A stretch of DNA of 63,065 nucleotides, counting the filler, from Folioceros fuciformis (Eukaryota): the NCBI GenBank assembly GCA_049999805.1. It is 5 parts of 5 records of this genome, joined end to end, with 100 filler letters (N's around TTAATTAATTAA, not from the genome) between each part and the next. Parts side by side here need not be neighbours in the genome. Positions count along the whole stretch, not along the records: positions 28,144 to 43,862 come from JBNGIO010001259.1; positions 43,963 to 60,466 come from JBNGIO010001262.1; 3 more parts are not named here. One strand, given 5' to 3'. Below the pieces are notes generated by a model. The model was not told where the DNA came from. It saw only the letters and a list, made by a program, of their open reading frames with translations, and made no database searches. Every line of letters begins with the position of its first letter. The first letter of the stretch is position 1. The position numbers were made by a program, and so were the translations under genes. This document shows positions 40,669-51,921 of this stretch, one piece after another.

Positions 40669-41736
40669 AGCAGGCTCCTCAGCTAACGATAGTGTACGTT
40701 TTTTTGCAATTCTCTGTGTAGAGGATGTACGTAATAATCTCTTTGTGTAGAAACAAGAGTCCCGCAACCGTGGCACCGCCGCACCTCTGGAGTAACTCTA
40801 GTAGACACAGTTCCTTCGCCTTGCTGGTGATGGTATGCTTGTACCCTGAAACTTTTTGTCGTCGAAGGAAGATATGCTGTTCAACAAATTCCACTCCATC
40901 TGTACGCACAAGTCACCCTGTCATGGGTAGCTAAGTTCTACTACGCCAAGGTGAGAGAATGGTGACGCGGGAGCTGTCCTTAAGCAGGCTTTGAAGACAT
41001 CTTTCTATCACACGTAGCCAACTTCAGGATTCCCATGCCAGGACATGACGGCGTCGAGCGTCAAGCTGAGCTGATTTTGGGACATTGGAGGGAGCACTCT
41101 CTGCGGTGTAGTGTGGAGAGTATCCCACATGCTTACATACTACACGGTGTGTGAGAAACGCCACGATCAGCGGGTGTCACCTTTCCGTCATCGTCTCTAG
41201 CAACTTGAGTCCCAGACTATTGCGGACTGGAGTCATTTTAACTAGTGGTGTGGGCCCAGGCATGATCTTTGAGGCAACGTCCTGCCTGTCCGACATACTG
41301 GAGAAATGTGCAGTCAATGCTGCTTTTGTATACGTTTAAGTTGTCAGACGATATACACATAATACCCATGTGACGGTAGTACTAGGTCTGCGTTCACACA
41401 AGAGGCACCCCATCGGGTGCACATGGAAGAAGGTATTCTTGGCTTGTTCCTCCGGTGAAGCCGCCTTTAGCTCAAAGGCAGGCAAGTTGAACAGTACAAC
41501 AAACATACATCCAGGCTCCAGCCTAATCTTCTGCAGTTGTGATGTGCGGCACATTCTAGGACGGCAACATCACCCACGGCACGTCGTGTCCAAAAAGAAT
41601 TCTGGCCATCAGCAACCCATCCCAGCAGGAACAGGAAAGAAAAGGCCCAGCATTGGCTTGGCCTTAGTCTTTTCGGGACATCGATCTCTGTCGTCCCCTC
41701 GTCCCCAAACAGGGCTTCATTCACAGTTCTCATGCT

Positions 41737-41851
41737 TGACATTGAACTTGTACGGGCCCTGAACTCGTGCCCGGCATTGAACTTGTACAGGCTCTCCTGC
41801 CTGACATTGAACTTGCACAGGCTCCCATGCCTGACATTGAACTTGCACAGG
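41737..41851. repeat. ~30-bp tandem repeat, about 4 copies, downstream of the F-box stop
   Basis: tgcctgacattgaacttgyacaggctc-like unit. Confidence 0.88.
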
Positions 41852-41888
41852 AAAGAGCAGGACTAAGGAACAGACAGGGCAGGCTCGG

Positions 41889-43190
41889 TCACAGGAAGAG
41901 ATCAAACCTGGGCGCAAGCAAGTAGGGAGGCTCGCCCACCAAGTACCTCTTATAAAACAAGTGCCAGGACTTGGACGGGATGTGGAATGCCAGGGCCTGA
42001 GTGCGGTAATTGGACCCAATGGCGGCGACATTGTTGTGAACCTCCACGCCCACGAAGATGAAGTCCCCAATTGCGACGGCGTCCAGCATGTCCACCTCCG
42101 TGGACTCGTCCAGACTCCAGTCGTCCGCCACCTGCAGCTTCACATCCTGCCACTGCGATTCTGGCAAGAAGGAGAAGTCCTCCCACACCAGCCTCTTGGG
42201 CTCCAGCTTCCAGATACCAAGGGTGAGCACGACATCGATATCGCCCTCCAACTGCCCCACCAGGAAGACATCTCCCCGGCTCTGCACCAGCTGGAAATAG
42301 TCGCTGCTCATGGCGGTGGGCATGGGCGCCCGAGCTAGCATCCGCCCGCTCTCCAAGCTGTAGAGCAGCAGAGGCCCGTGCGACAGGGACGCGTACAGGA
42401 GCTCGCCCTGCAGGAGTGTGGAGCCCAGGAACTGGATGGGGCAGTAGGACTGCGTGCGCGTCTCGTTCCACGCACCGGCCTGGGAGCAGAATAGGCGGAT
42501 GGTCCACAGGTTGAGGTCCTCAGTCAGGAGCGCAACCCGGAAGCTGTCCGGCTCGAGAGCCTCCACCAGAGCCGCCACCCACGCCCTTCCCTCCTGCAAT
42601 GGAACCTCTGGAAGCTTCCGGAAGGTCTTGGTGACCGGATTGCAGACAGACAGGGCCACGGCCTCGGGGGACGCAATGCGGGCGCACACCAGCCCGTCCT
42701 GGACATGGCAGATGTCCACCATCTTGCCCGGGAGGAAGGACAGGTCCAGCCTCCGGAGCTCGCAGCGCACCGCCTCCGGCACTCGGCTCTGCCGCTGCTT
42801 CTTGGAAAATTCCCCGCACCTCCACAGCGGGCTGTGCGGCCTGGGGAGCGTGAAGAGAGGCAGAGGCGTGGATGCCATGGCGGCCCAGCGCCGGAGGAAG
42901 GCCGGGGAACCCAGCTCCGACAACCAGCTCTTGCAGACTGCGCGGAATTGGAAGTGGCTTGCTGCGGGCAATCTCAGCAAGATTCGGTCCAAGATGTCGA
43001 CCGGGAGCCGCTCCCATACCCGGGTGTCCATGGCCGGCTTCGCCTCTTGCTTCTCCGCCTCCTCCAGCTGCGTTCCTGTCCCGACTCCCCGCAATTTCAG
43101 CGCCTGCAGCTCCTTGCACATTTCGTCTCTGCCGGGCCGCTGGTTCCCGGCTTCGCGGGTGTGGAACGGCACAGAGGTCTGGGGAGCCAT
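41889..43190 (-). CDS. F-box protein with kelch-like/FBA beta-rich C-terminus, single exon
   Basis: F-box WERLPVDILDRILLRLPAASHFQFRAVCKSW; GLVC...VCNPVTKTFRKLP; LVQSRGDVFLVG. Confidence 0.9.
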   Translation of the reverse strand: MAPQTSVPFHTREAGNQRPGRDEMCKELQALKLRGVGTGTQLEEAEKQEAKPAMDTRVWERLPVDILDRILLRLPAASHFQFRAVCKSWLSELGSPAFLRRWAAMASTPLPLFTLPRPHSPLWRCGEFSKKQRQSRVPEAVRCELRRLDLSFLPGKMVDICHVQDGLVCARIASPEAVALSVCNPVTKTFRKLPEVPLQEGRAWVAALVEALEPDSFRVALLTEDLNLWTIRLFCSQAGAWNETRTQSYCPIQFLGSTLLQGELLYASLSHGPLLLYSLESGRMLARAPMPTAMSSDYFQLVQSRGDVFLVGQLEGDIDVVLTLGIWKLEPKRLVWEDFSFLPESQWQDVKLQVADDWSLDESTEVDMLDAVAIGDFIFVGVEVHNNVAAIGSNYRTQALAFHIPSKSWHLFYKRYLVGEPPYLLAPRFDLFL

Positions 43191-43862
43191 GTTGCGCGCT
43201 TGCTGGATTGATGGAGTCTACATCCTGCCTGTCAAGATTGTGAGCGATAGCGAAGACACGAGAGGAGACGCAGAAGCAAATGCAGGTACCGTTTTCCTGC
43301 ACCCAAGACAGAATCTGCGTGCGTAGGAAAGGGTATCCGGGAGTGGCTTTGCTGAGCGCCGCTCCGCTGCCTTGTGGACAAAATCTGACGAGACCGACTC
43401 GACTCGCTTGCCGCAGCTAGCCTACAGGTGTACCCTAAGAAGACAGGGCCCACGCGAAGTACATAACTACTCTCTCTCACGGCCTTCGCGTTCCTACGGT
43501 GTGATGTGATTGGTTTGCTTGCATGTCAGACGGTAAAGAGGGGCGTTTCTCGCATCGTGTGAGAGACCCGGAGACCTGGTCGTTGTGGGTACCGGGTGAA
43601 GATCGTGAGCTCTCTCCTCATCCTCCATCGGCTGTCTTTTCGATGTCAGGAATCCCCGAGCTGCAAGGTTGTACTACTGTAGCTGGGGTTAATTTGTACA
43701 AGCGTCGGGCGGGGAGCGGAGCGTAGTGGGCGGGAAAGGGAGGAAAAGGAAGAGAGCAGATCAGAGTGGAGCAGAGGACGGGAGGGGAGCAAAAAGATTC
43801 GAAAGAGACTGGTCGGTGGGGTGGCACTGAAATCTGTGATCTGCTGTGTGCATGTCTGCACC

Positions 43863-43962
43863 NNNNNNNNNNNNNNNNNNNNNNNNNNNNNNNNNNNNNN
43901 NNNNNNTTAATTAATTAANNNNNNNNNNNNNNNNNNNNNNNNNNNNNNNNNNNNNNNNNNNN
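43863..43962. other. Artificial linker
   Basis: N-run containing TTAATTAATTAA. Confidence 0.98.
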
Positions 43963-44915
43963 TGTGCCCTCCATGCCTCCTGCCCCTGCCCGGAGTCTCA
44001 TAGCTGGGTGCCGCCCTCCATCTGCCAGCCTACCATGCCCAGCACCTCCGCTTGGAGAGGAGGAAGAGGAAGTCATCAGTCAGCATGCCACACTGTGGAG
44101 GCTGCTTCCGGTCCTCTTCAGATGACATGCTGGGATCTTTGTCGGCATCGCTGCCGATGATTCTGCTGCCACAGACCATTAATAACTCGTCACAAGTGGC
44201 AGCGTGATCCGCATCTCAGAGTCTCCTGGGGCGCCTCTAGGGAATAACAAGAGGCTCGCTAGGATGCCTATTTCCAACTCGCCGGCCGAGCAGGACGCAG
44301 GAGTCAGGGCTGCGGAGATGGAGTGTGGGAGTGTAAAGCCTGGGAGCTTCCTGCTTCCTTCACGCACCTTGCCATTTGGCGGTATCAGGTGAGGAGGCGC
44401 AGATATGCATCGAACCTGGTCGTCCACATTCCAGACACGGCACCTGCTGCGCTGACACCCATTGGACTGGACGCTTCACGCTGCTCCCGAACCATGCCAG
44501 GGCCGTCCAGTACGAGTCGGAGGGAGGCTGTCGCATGATGACATAGCCTAGTCCGGGATGTGTGCGCAGTGAACAGTGCTTCGAGATCACCTGCACGAGA
44601 TCACTGACAGCCCACTCAGAGGGAGGAGAAGATCCAACTTACAGGTTCGCTCCACACTTCTCTCGGGGTATTGTAAGGAATATCCGGAATATCGGCTCTG
44701 CTTGCAAGCGCTTTGGCAGGTTTAAATGTCAGGCCCACCTCCACCGAGATACAGTAGAGAAGGAACGTCCAGGAATCCAGTTCACTAAAGACAACAGGCG
44801 GGTTTCGAGATGTTTATTCCTGCACAGCACTAGTGTTTCCCGGTGTCTGGGTCCTGGGGTGCAGAGGCCTGTGAGAATTGTGGGACACCAAGTCGTGATG
44901 GACAGATGTCATGGT

Positions 44916-45859
44916 TCAGTTCCTCGCGTTTTGCGCATCGGTGAGGCTCAGGCCTGGTCAAACAAACCAGACGAGGGTTAGACCAGAGGACTCGCAGAAG
45001 CTCGAAGCAACTACAGTATCCTCTGAACGCCTGGACTGAGGTTTGTTAGCCATTACCTGTTTGCAAGCCCAACTGAGTGTCCCATTCCTTGAGAAGCTGA
45101 TTATAGCATTAGCACACCACATGTCAACACAGTTACGGGAGACGCCCAATGATGCGGAGTTTGAGTGCGCAGCTTAAGCGACTGAAACGGCTACCCCAGA
45201 GATCGAGGAGAGGCTTACGTCTTGAAAGGAGCTGAAAACAGGGTCATGGGCATCGTCCACTGAAGCCAAGCCGGCCCGTGCTTGCAAGTTGCGAATGTAT
45301 GTCCTGTTGCCCGCGAGGCTCTGTCTCACTGCATCAATGAGGTCCTGCAAACTTACAAACACCAAGAGAGATCAGGCTCTCCAAGCAAATTCTGACCTAA
45401 AATCGACAAGACACGTATACAACAGCAAGTGCAGCTGCCCGTCACAATTACCTGTTTAGAGGCGATGAGCTTTCCACATTCCTTTTCCATGGCGGGAAGG
45501 TCCTCCTGGATCTTCCGTATGCGAGACAACAGTTTCATGGGATTCACCTGCACGCACAGTAGAGAAGCAATGTGTGGAGACAGACAAGTGCATCAACTTG
45601 GTGCAAGAAATGGCTCACGCCAGTCACTCACGTAGTCCTCGTAGCTCTCGGAGAACTCCAGCTCCAGTTTGTGTTGCACGAACTGCACCAGAATCCATGA
45701 GGCACCGCAACTGGCATGTCAACCCTAGGCAGACGTTCTCCCAAACAATTCAACACACACACACACACACACACACCAGGCATGCTCGTGACAACCCACC
45801 AAGAGAGTGGCATGCGCCTTGCGGAAGTGAGCCTCGAGGGCATCTACAGAGTTTTCCAT
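44916..45859 (-). CDS. SKA2: Spindle and kinetochore-associated protein 2 (FAM33A); 3' end uncertain
   Basis: MENSVDALEAHFRKAHATL-LQHELE-VNPMKLLSRIRKIQEDL...LIASKQ-DLIDAVRQSLAGNR...-LLKEWDTQ in GT-AG-bounded exons. Confidence 0.8.
45753..45776. repeat. (AC)12 microsatellite in SKA2 intron 1
   Basis: Direct read of the sequence. Confidence 0.9.
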
Positions 45860-46527
45860 CAGGCCTATCAATCGGCGGGAATCCAGGCTACTCGCCTCCA
45901 CCAAGGATTGTACCTTCGTAACGCTCCAAACCTCCTCTCTAGGAAATTTCCAGAACAACAAAAGCCAAGTCACAATAGCATCACGTTTGGGACACCAGAA
46001 GACTTTTATTTTTCTTTTTGTCTGCATTTATGACCCAGGCTGGAGCGCCCGTTGGGCAGGTGACTACATACATCCAAAGTGCAAATGGGAGTCTGTTTAC
46101 GAACGGTGGTTGATCAACAGCACACAGCGGTTTTTCTAGTATCTCAATTCTTTCACCAAGAAGAATTGAGATACTATTAGCTAGCTTGCCTATATTTATC
46201 TTTGTGTGTATCTGTGTCCACCAAGGTATACGTTGTGTGGTGTCCATGAAGGATAATTGGATTCCATACTCTTCTAGTGATCAATTTGAAATGCTTCATA
46301 AGAATTCCCAGCCATTAGAAATGGTAGGCATTGGAGAGAAGGCTGACCCTCATGTTATACCTGTGAGAAAAGATGCCTCAAATATGTGCCGTAGTAGGGA
46401 GGTGAAATCCTAGAACCTACTATGCAACCACATTCCCCGCCTCCCGCTCTCAAACGGTATTCCATCCATATGTACAGTCACGAGAGCACCGTTGAAGGGC
46501 AAGCGCGGAAGGTGCGGAAACGTTCTG

Positions 46528-47789
46528 TTAGCGGCGCGAAAGAAGACGGTCAGCAACGGGGAAGTTGAGGGAGCGGCGCGTGGAGGCTGCAGATGATGCA
46601 GCCGCATCTACTGCCTTAGGTTTCCCTTCGCACTCTTGTTTGGGCGGTGGAGGCGGAGGGGCTCGCCGAGTGCGCATCAAGTAATGAGCCACCGACTTGT
46701 ACCCTTCCCTCACAGCCTGAACACACAACACAATACATACAACACAAGCCAGGCCCAGAAGTGTTATCCATCCATCTTAGCCTTGTTCCCTTGAAACGGA
46801 GAGCCAGAAGCCTACCACTTTGTACAGGCAGCCGGTGGGAGGCCAGCCTCGTTTAGGGCGGCAGAAGCTGCAGTTGCAAATGCCTCGGCACACAGGACAC
46901 ACCCACTGCTTGTTCTGTAGCGCCTCGCGCACATTCTCACCGTATCTGGAACGCATGCCCGGGGTAGGGCGAGAATGTGAGGTGCGGGAAATGGAACATG
47001 AGGAGGGGAGGAAGCGAGGGCGCAAACCTGATGAAGAGACAGTCGCCGCAGAACTGGCCGTGCAGGGCCTTGCACTGGCTGCACCATGTCCGCAGGCCCA
47101 TGGTCTTCTGCCTGAAGCGAAACGGAGGAGGAGAAGAAACAAACCATTTGAAGGGAAACGGTGTCAAGCAGGGAAGCAAGGAGAGCAAGCAGCGAAGTAA
47201 GGAGAGCAAGCAGGAAGGAGAAGCACACCTGCATTGATGGCACGTCTTGCCGCGCACGGGATCGTAGACGCGCTTGCCATCAGGGCCGAAGCCATCGACG
47301 AATAGCTCCCATGCTTCTTGGTACGATCCCAGGAGCTTTTCGTCTTGGTCGGTGTAGAACTCGGGCTTGGTGCCTTCAGGAATCTCCCTCTTGGAGACTC
47401 CGCTGCCGCTGTTGCCGCCCCCGTTGATGTCCCTCTCCGACAACTCACGGTAGGTTGGCACGGGCGCGCCTTGCAGTCTGCATTTGTCCCACATCAGGCG
47501 CGCAAGCTCGGCAGCCGACATCGGACAACACAAGACAGCCGTCTCCTCTTCCTCCTCACCTGGACGAACGGCGGGTGGGAGGCGGAGTGGCGGGCCGCTT
47601 CGCCGGCCTCTGGGCCTTCTTCGGCCTCCCAGCTCTCCCAAAAGCCTGACAAGAATCCAGCAGCCCCAATTCTGCCATCCGCTTCTCGTTCTTCAGGATG
47701 TTGGCCTGCCGCTCTTGCTCATACTCGCACACCTCCGGTTGCTCCTCCTCGCCCGAACCTGGGCTTGCCCGCCTCCTCTTTCCCCCCAT
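46528..47789 (-). CDS. CDCA7: CDCA7-like zf-4CXXC_R1 protein (5 exons)
   Basis: EYEQERQANILKNEKRMAELGL; YDPVRGKTCHQCRQKT...CSQC...GQFCGDCL..RYGENVREAL...WVCPVCRGICNCSFCR...PTG...GYKSVAHYL. Confidence 0.93.
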
Positions 47790-48176
47790 GTTCCCGCACC
47801 GTCCACGCCTTCTTACAATTCCCAGCGACGACAGTGCTCGCGCTCAAAGAAGCCTGCTTCTTGCTACCTTGCGCAAATCCTTGCTCCTTCACGCTCCATT
47901 TCATTTACCACATTCCCCAGTCGACCACAATCTCTACAGGCGCAAAACAGACGAACACTGGCAATGCTAACCGAGCTCACCCTCCGAACAAAATCCGCGT
48001 CTGCGCCGGCCGATTTCGCGTTGTAGCACAGCAAACAGCAACATGTAATGCGGAAAGGATCTTTGCGGCAAAGACTGCGAAGGCAGCCATGGCAGAGCTC
48101 TGTTTAAGAACGAGCGCAAGAGTTGGGTTCACGACCCAGGGGTGCCGTCGGATCGAGCAGCATCGACGGCAAACAA

Positions 48177-48188
48177 TTTGGCGCGAAA
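48177..48188. promoter_or_regulatory. Overlapping double E2F site TTTGGCGCGAAA upstream of CDCA7
   Basis: Reverse complement TTTCGCGCCAAA is the classic near-palindromic E2F element; about 390 nt upstream of the ATG. Confidence 0.6.
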
Positions 48189-48601
48189 ATAAGTTAGTGA
48201 AGACTCATCTAGTGATTACTGCGCATTCAGAGCGGCCGCCTAAAAACACACCAGGCAAACCGCGGTTTGAACCGGGTACTAGCCGTTGCCTTTGCCACCA
48301 GGCGCCCCTGGACACTCTCGTCTGTCAAGTCTACCTACACCAGGTAGATTCAAGGCCTGGGAAAGACTGAATTGAGAATACACGCTGATTACAATACATG
48401 AGACCCTTAATGCCCAAAATTGGATGGACTACAAAGCTTGACCTCGAAGAATGCCTCATCACAGCTTTCTCAGGTTGAGCCAGGAACAAGAATAAAACCC
48501 TACGCTACGTGTGACTTTACCTGATCCGAATGGGTTGCCCTACCACGGACCTGAGCGCGTTCGAGCCTGATCGTGGAAGGGTAGGGTAGGGTGCCGGAGA
48601 A

Positions 48602-51177
48602 TCAGCTGAGTTTACCAATTTCAATTTTTTTCTTGATGGCTTTTTGCCCATGGTAGACGAGAGCGTCGATAATGCCGGCCACGGTGAAGACTCCTGCATG
48701 GTTGGCGCACAGGGAGTAAACTGCCTGCTCAGACATCCACACGTTCTGTATAGGAGACAAAAAAGAGCAAGAATCAAGCGCACCTCCGACAATAGCACAG
48801 ACGTTGGTTAAAAAATGAAGGAAGGATGTCCTTGATTCCGTGAATTCAACCTGCAGAACAGAAAGTGTCATAGTGAGCACAAAGTTTCCCTGCACAGATT
48901 CTAGGTGGACCCTGATTCTAGGATGACCACAGGTATACCTTTATGGGTGACAACTCGTAAAAGAAGAAAACTCCAGGCAGGGCGCCTCTTTGCCCAGGAG
49001 AAACTTTCTTGGCATACTCTGTCACGGAGTACTGCCGTCACAGTGGGCGAGGGATTAGACAGGACCTGTACATTCAGCTTCGCATGCCAAATGGCGAGTC
49101 TTCCACTGCGAGTCTTACCTGGTTTGAGGAAATCTTGTGGCCGCGGGCGTCCGTGTAGGAGGTTGGGACCACCTGTTAAGAGCCCCGTTTGCGTCAACGG
49201 TGAGACCGATTTGTAGTTGCCACAGCAAGTCCTCTTGTTTGTGGCGAATTGCTATAGAGGACAGACAACCAGGTGGTGGGATGCTTACCTTAAGAAAGTA
49301 TTGAAACATGACTGCTGGCATTTCCTGTGTTTGGCCTACGCTGTAAGGAACAAACCAGCCGTTACTTGAGTATTGGGTGTCTGATTGAATCAGCACTGGA
49401 ATCCTTCTCTACGAGAAATCACATAAAAAACAGTCGATTGAACCTAAACTGGACAAACTATTTTGTACGTACTCACCGATCCAAGGGATTCGATATTCCG
49501 GGAAAATGAGCACCAAACGTCAGCTCATTGATGTGATGAGATAACTGCACACAGAAAAGGATAGGGCGGGTGAGAACCACGTCAAATTACAGTACGGATC
49601 CCCTAATCTGAAACTCAGGGGACTTCACAGAAAGTTTGGATAAGGGCCTACATTAAATGAGTCCTTGCCGAAGGTTTGGATATCATGCACATGAATGTTC
49701 GAATGCTGGAAACTTTTCCCAGGAGCGAAATGGAAGTTTCCTGCCACCTTGTTAACCTCCAGCGATCCATACAGTTGGCACCCTTCTCCTTCCTCCTCCT
49801 TAATTCTCTCGAGGAACCCCTCTCGCTTACACTGCAAACAGTTTGCAACAACTGCGTGAATTTCAAGAGGTCAAGGACAGATAGAAATATGATCTTCTCA
49901 TCGGAACATGTTCTCACCTGATCAATCAGTTCAACATTAGTTAATGCCCAGCCCTTGTCCCGGTATGCCTCTCGGACTTCTTCACAACTGTTGCAGCACT
50001 GATCGTCCCTCTGAACCCGCCGCACATAACAAACAGTTAACCGTGACGGGATTCCACTCACCTGCCCGTCGGCTATCTTGTGTACCACGCCGCCATGGAT
50101 ACCAGAACACAGAGGCTCACAATCTTTGCTTTTCCAGGTCAGGGAGGACTACCGTTTCAGCACCAAAGCAAGAACCACAATAAGTTTCATTGTGCTCCAA
50201 CCTCCCACCATGTCTTTGCAGGGGCTTCTCAAGCTGCAGAGACATAAGAGACAAGGTCACAACCAGAATCTGTAGAGGACCCAATCCTACGTAAGCAGAA
50301 CCAGAGCTCGGTGCCTGCCTTCGGAACATTGACCACATCGGGCTTCACTTCTACCACAGCCCCTTCCTTGAGTCGCTTTTTGAATATATTGTGTTTCTGC
50401 GAAAACGCATACAGATGAGGCAGTAAGGAAGCAACCGAGACCATATTGTCTGAGGGAAAACGGTTGGCTAATCACTTGACATACAGAATCTTTAACCTAG
50501 ATGGAAGGTAGTTTCAACACTGACAGCATACCACATCGAGGTGCTGCTCGCCACTGATGTCCATAGCATCGAGGCTGATAACTGAACAAGCTAAGGAAGG
50601 AAAGGTGATATCTAACTGCAAGTAGAACATGAAGTAGAGGGTAACGTGGTTAGGAAACAGAAGGGAGACCTCCAACAATTCACAGTCTCTCCCCTCGACG
50701 GAATCAAATAAGCACGGCAAAAGTCCCCACTCACGTTAATCTGAAGAGTCTCTCCCCTCGAGGTGTCCACAACAAGCTGATTGAGGATTCGTGGTTGCAA
50801 GTACAGCCCTGCGAAGGTGACCGTGACACATCACGTCAGACAGCAACACCCCCCTTCTTTTCCAAAGCCTCAAACCATGGCCCGATGCCTCACACCGTGA
50901 CTGCCGAATCCGCCGACTGGCCACCATACAACCCAACCCAAACTAACTAAACAGCAGAAACTCACTCAACCACTCAAAACATTGCCCAATTTTCCACTAT
51001 GTTGCCAAGTGGCGTGCTGCAACAAAGGAGCAACTCACTAAGTTCGGAGAAGAAGAGGATGATGATAGCAATCGAAGTGACGATCGTGATAACACCTCCG
51101 GCAAGCGTCCGACTGTAGAAATCCTCGTTGATCTTAGGGTAGGCATCAAGCTGCCTGAACTTATTGAGGATCTGCAT
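48602..51177 (-). CDS. ERGIC3: ER-Golgi intermediate compartment protein 3 (Erv46-like), multi-exon
   Basis: LDAYPKINEDFYSRT, VVDTSRGETLQIN, SLDAMDISGEQHLD, YCGSCFGA, CCNSCEEVREAY...GW, EGCQLYGSLEVNKVAGNFHFAPG, C-terminal KKIEIGKLS*. Confidence 0.95.
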
Positions 51178-51921
51178 GGTGCTTCCTTTTGCAGGGTCTC
51201 CGGCAATCTTCCTGACTAACTAAACTCCACGCAAGCAGTTCCCAACTACCGAAGTAGTTCAATATCTGCTCCACACAGCTCGGGAATCATCAAGACAACA
51301 TGCTATTCCACCAAATCCCCTACAGGAACCAGCTCAGGGACTCCAGCACATGGTCACATTTCCTACCACCTAATCTGCCGGCGGCTGCCCGTCTCGTCAC
51401 ATACCCCAACTAGATACACCCTCAATTTCTACGCACAGCGCCACTGACGTCAAGCCGGCGAAGAATTGCTAGGAATGCTGTGCGTCTCGCGGAGAGAGGG
51501 ATGAAACGAGAAAAAAACAAACAAACAAAAGGAATCTCAGCTAACCTTCCATCTCTGCCTTATCTCCTCCTGCGTGCATACATATATAGTCGACCTTCGA
51601 AGCCGGACTGATCGGAAAGTCTCGGGCTCGTGTCCTCGGCAAGGAAGGCTTTTCCATGAGACGAAAAGTTTTAACGCAGTGGTAGAGTATATATGCTTTG
51701 CTGAGGAGCTTTCAGGTAAAGGGTGATCTTTAGCGGAATCGTATATTGACTCGAGACGTCTCTCACAACACACGTGAACTTCCCGCACGGCGCTGGGACG
51801 TGATCTCTCCGTTCCGAGTGACGTGGGTGGCCTGGACTCTGATGTTGACCAAATAGGCGTGTGCATTAGCTTGGTTTGGGGGTGTGATTTGTGTTTGGAG
51901 TTCGAGAATTCAGGTCACAAG

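Noticed and set aside
42454..43326. Long antisense ORFs overlapping the F-box gene (likewise over MCM10 and CSP41a)
   Set aside because: Shadow ORFs typical of GC-rich coding sequence, with no recognisable motifs.
51668..51710. tRNA-Ala-like fragment (CAGTGGTAGAG...CTTTGC)
   Set aside because: No T-arm/B-box or acceptor stem.
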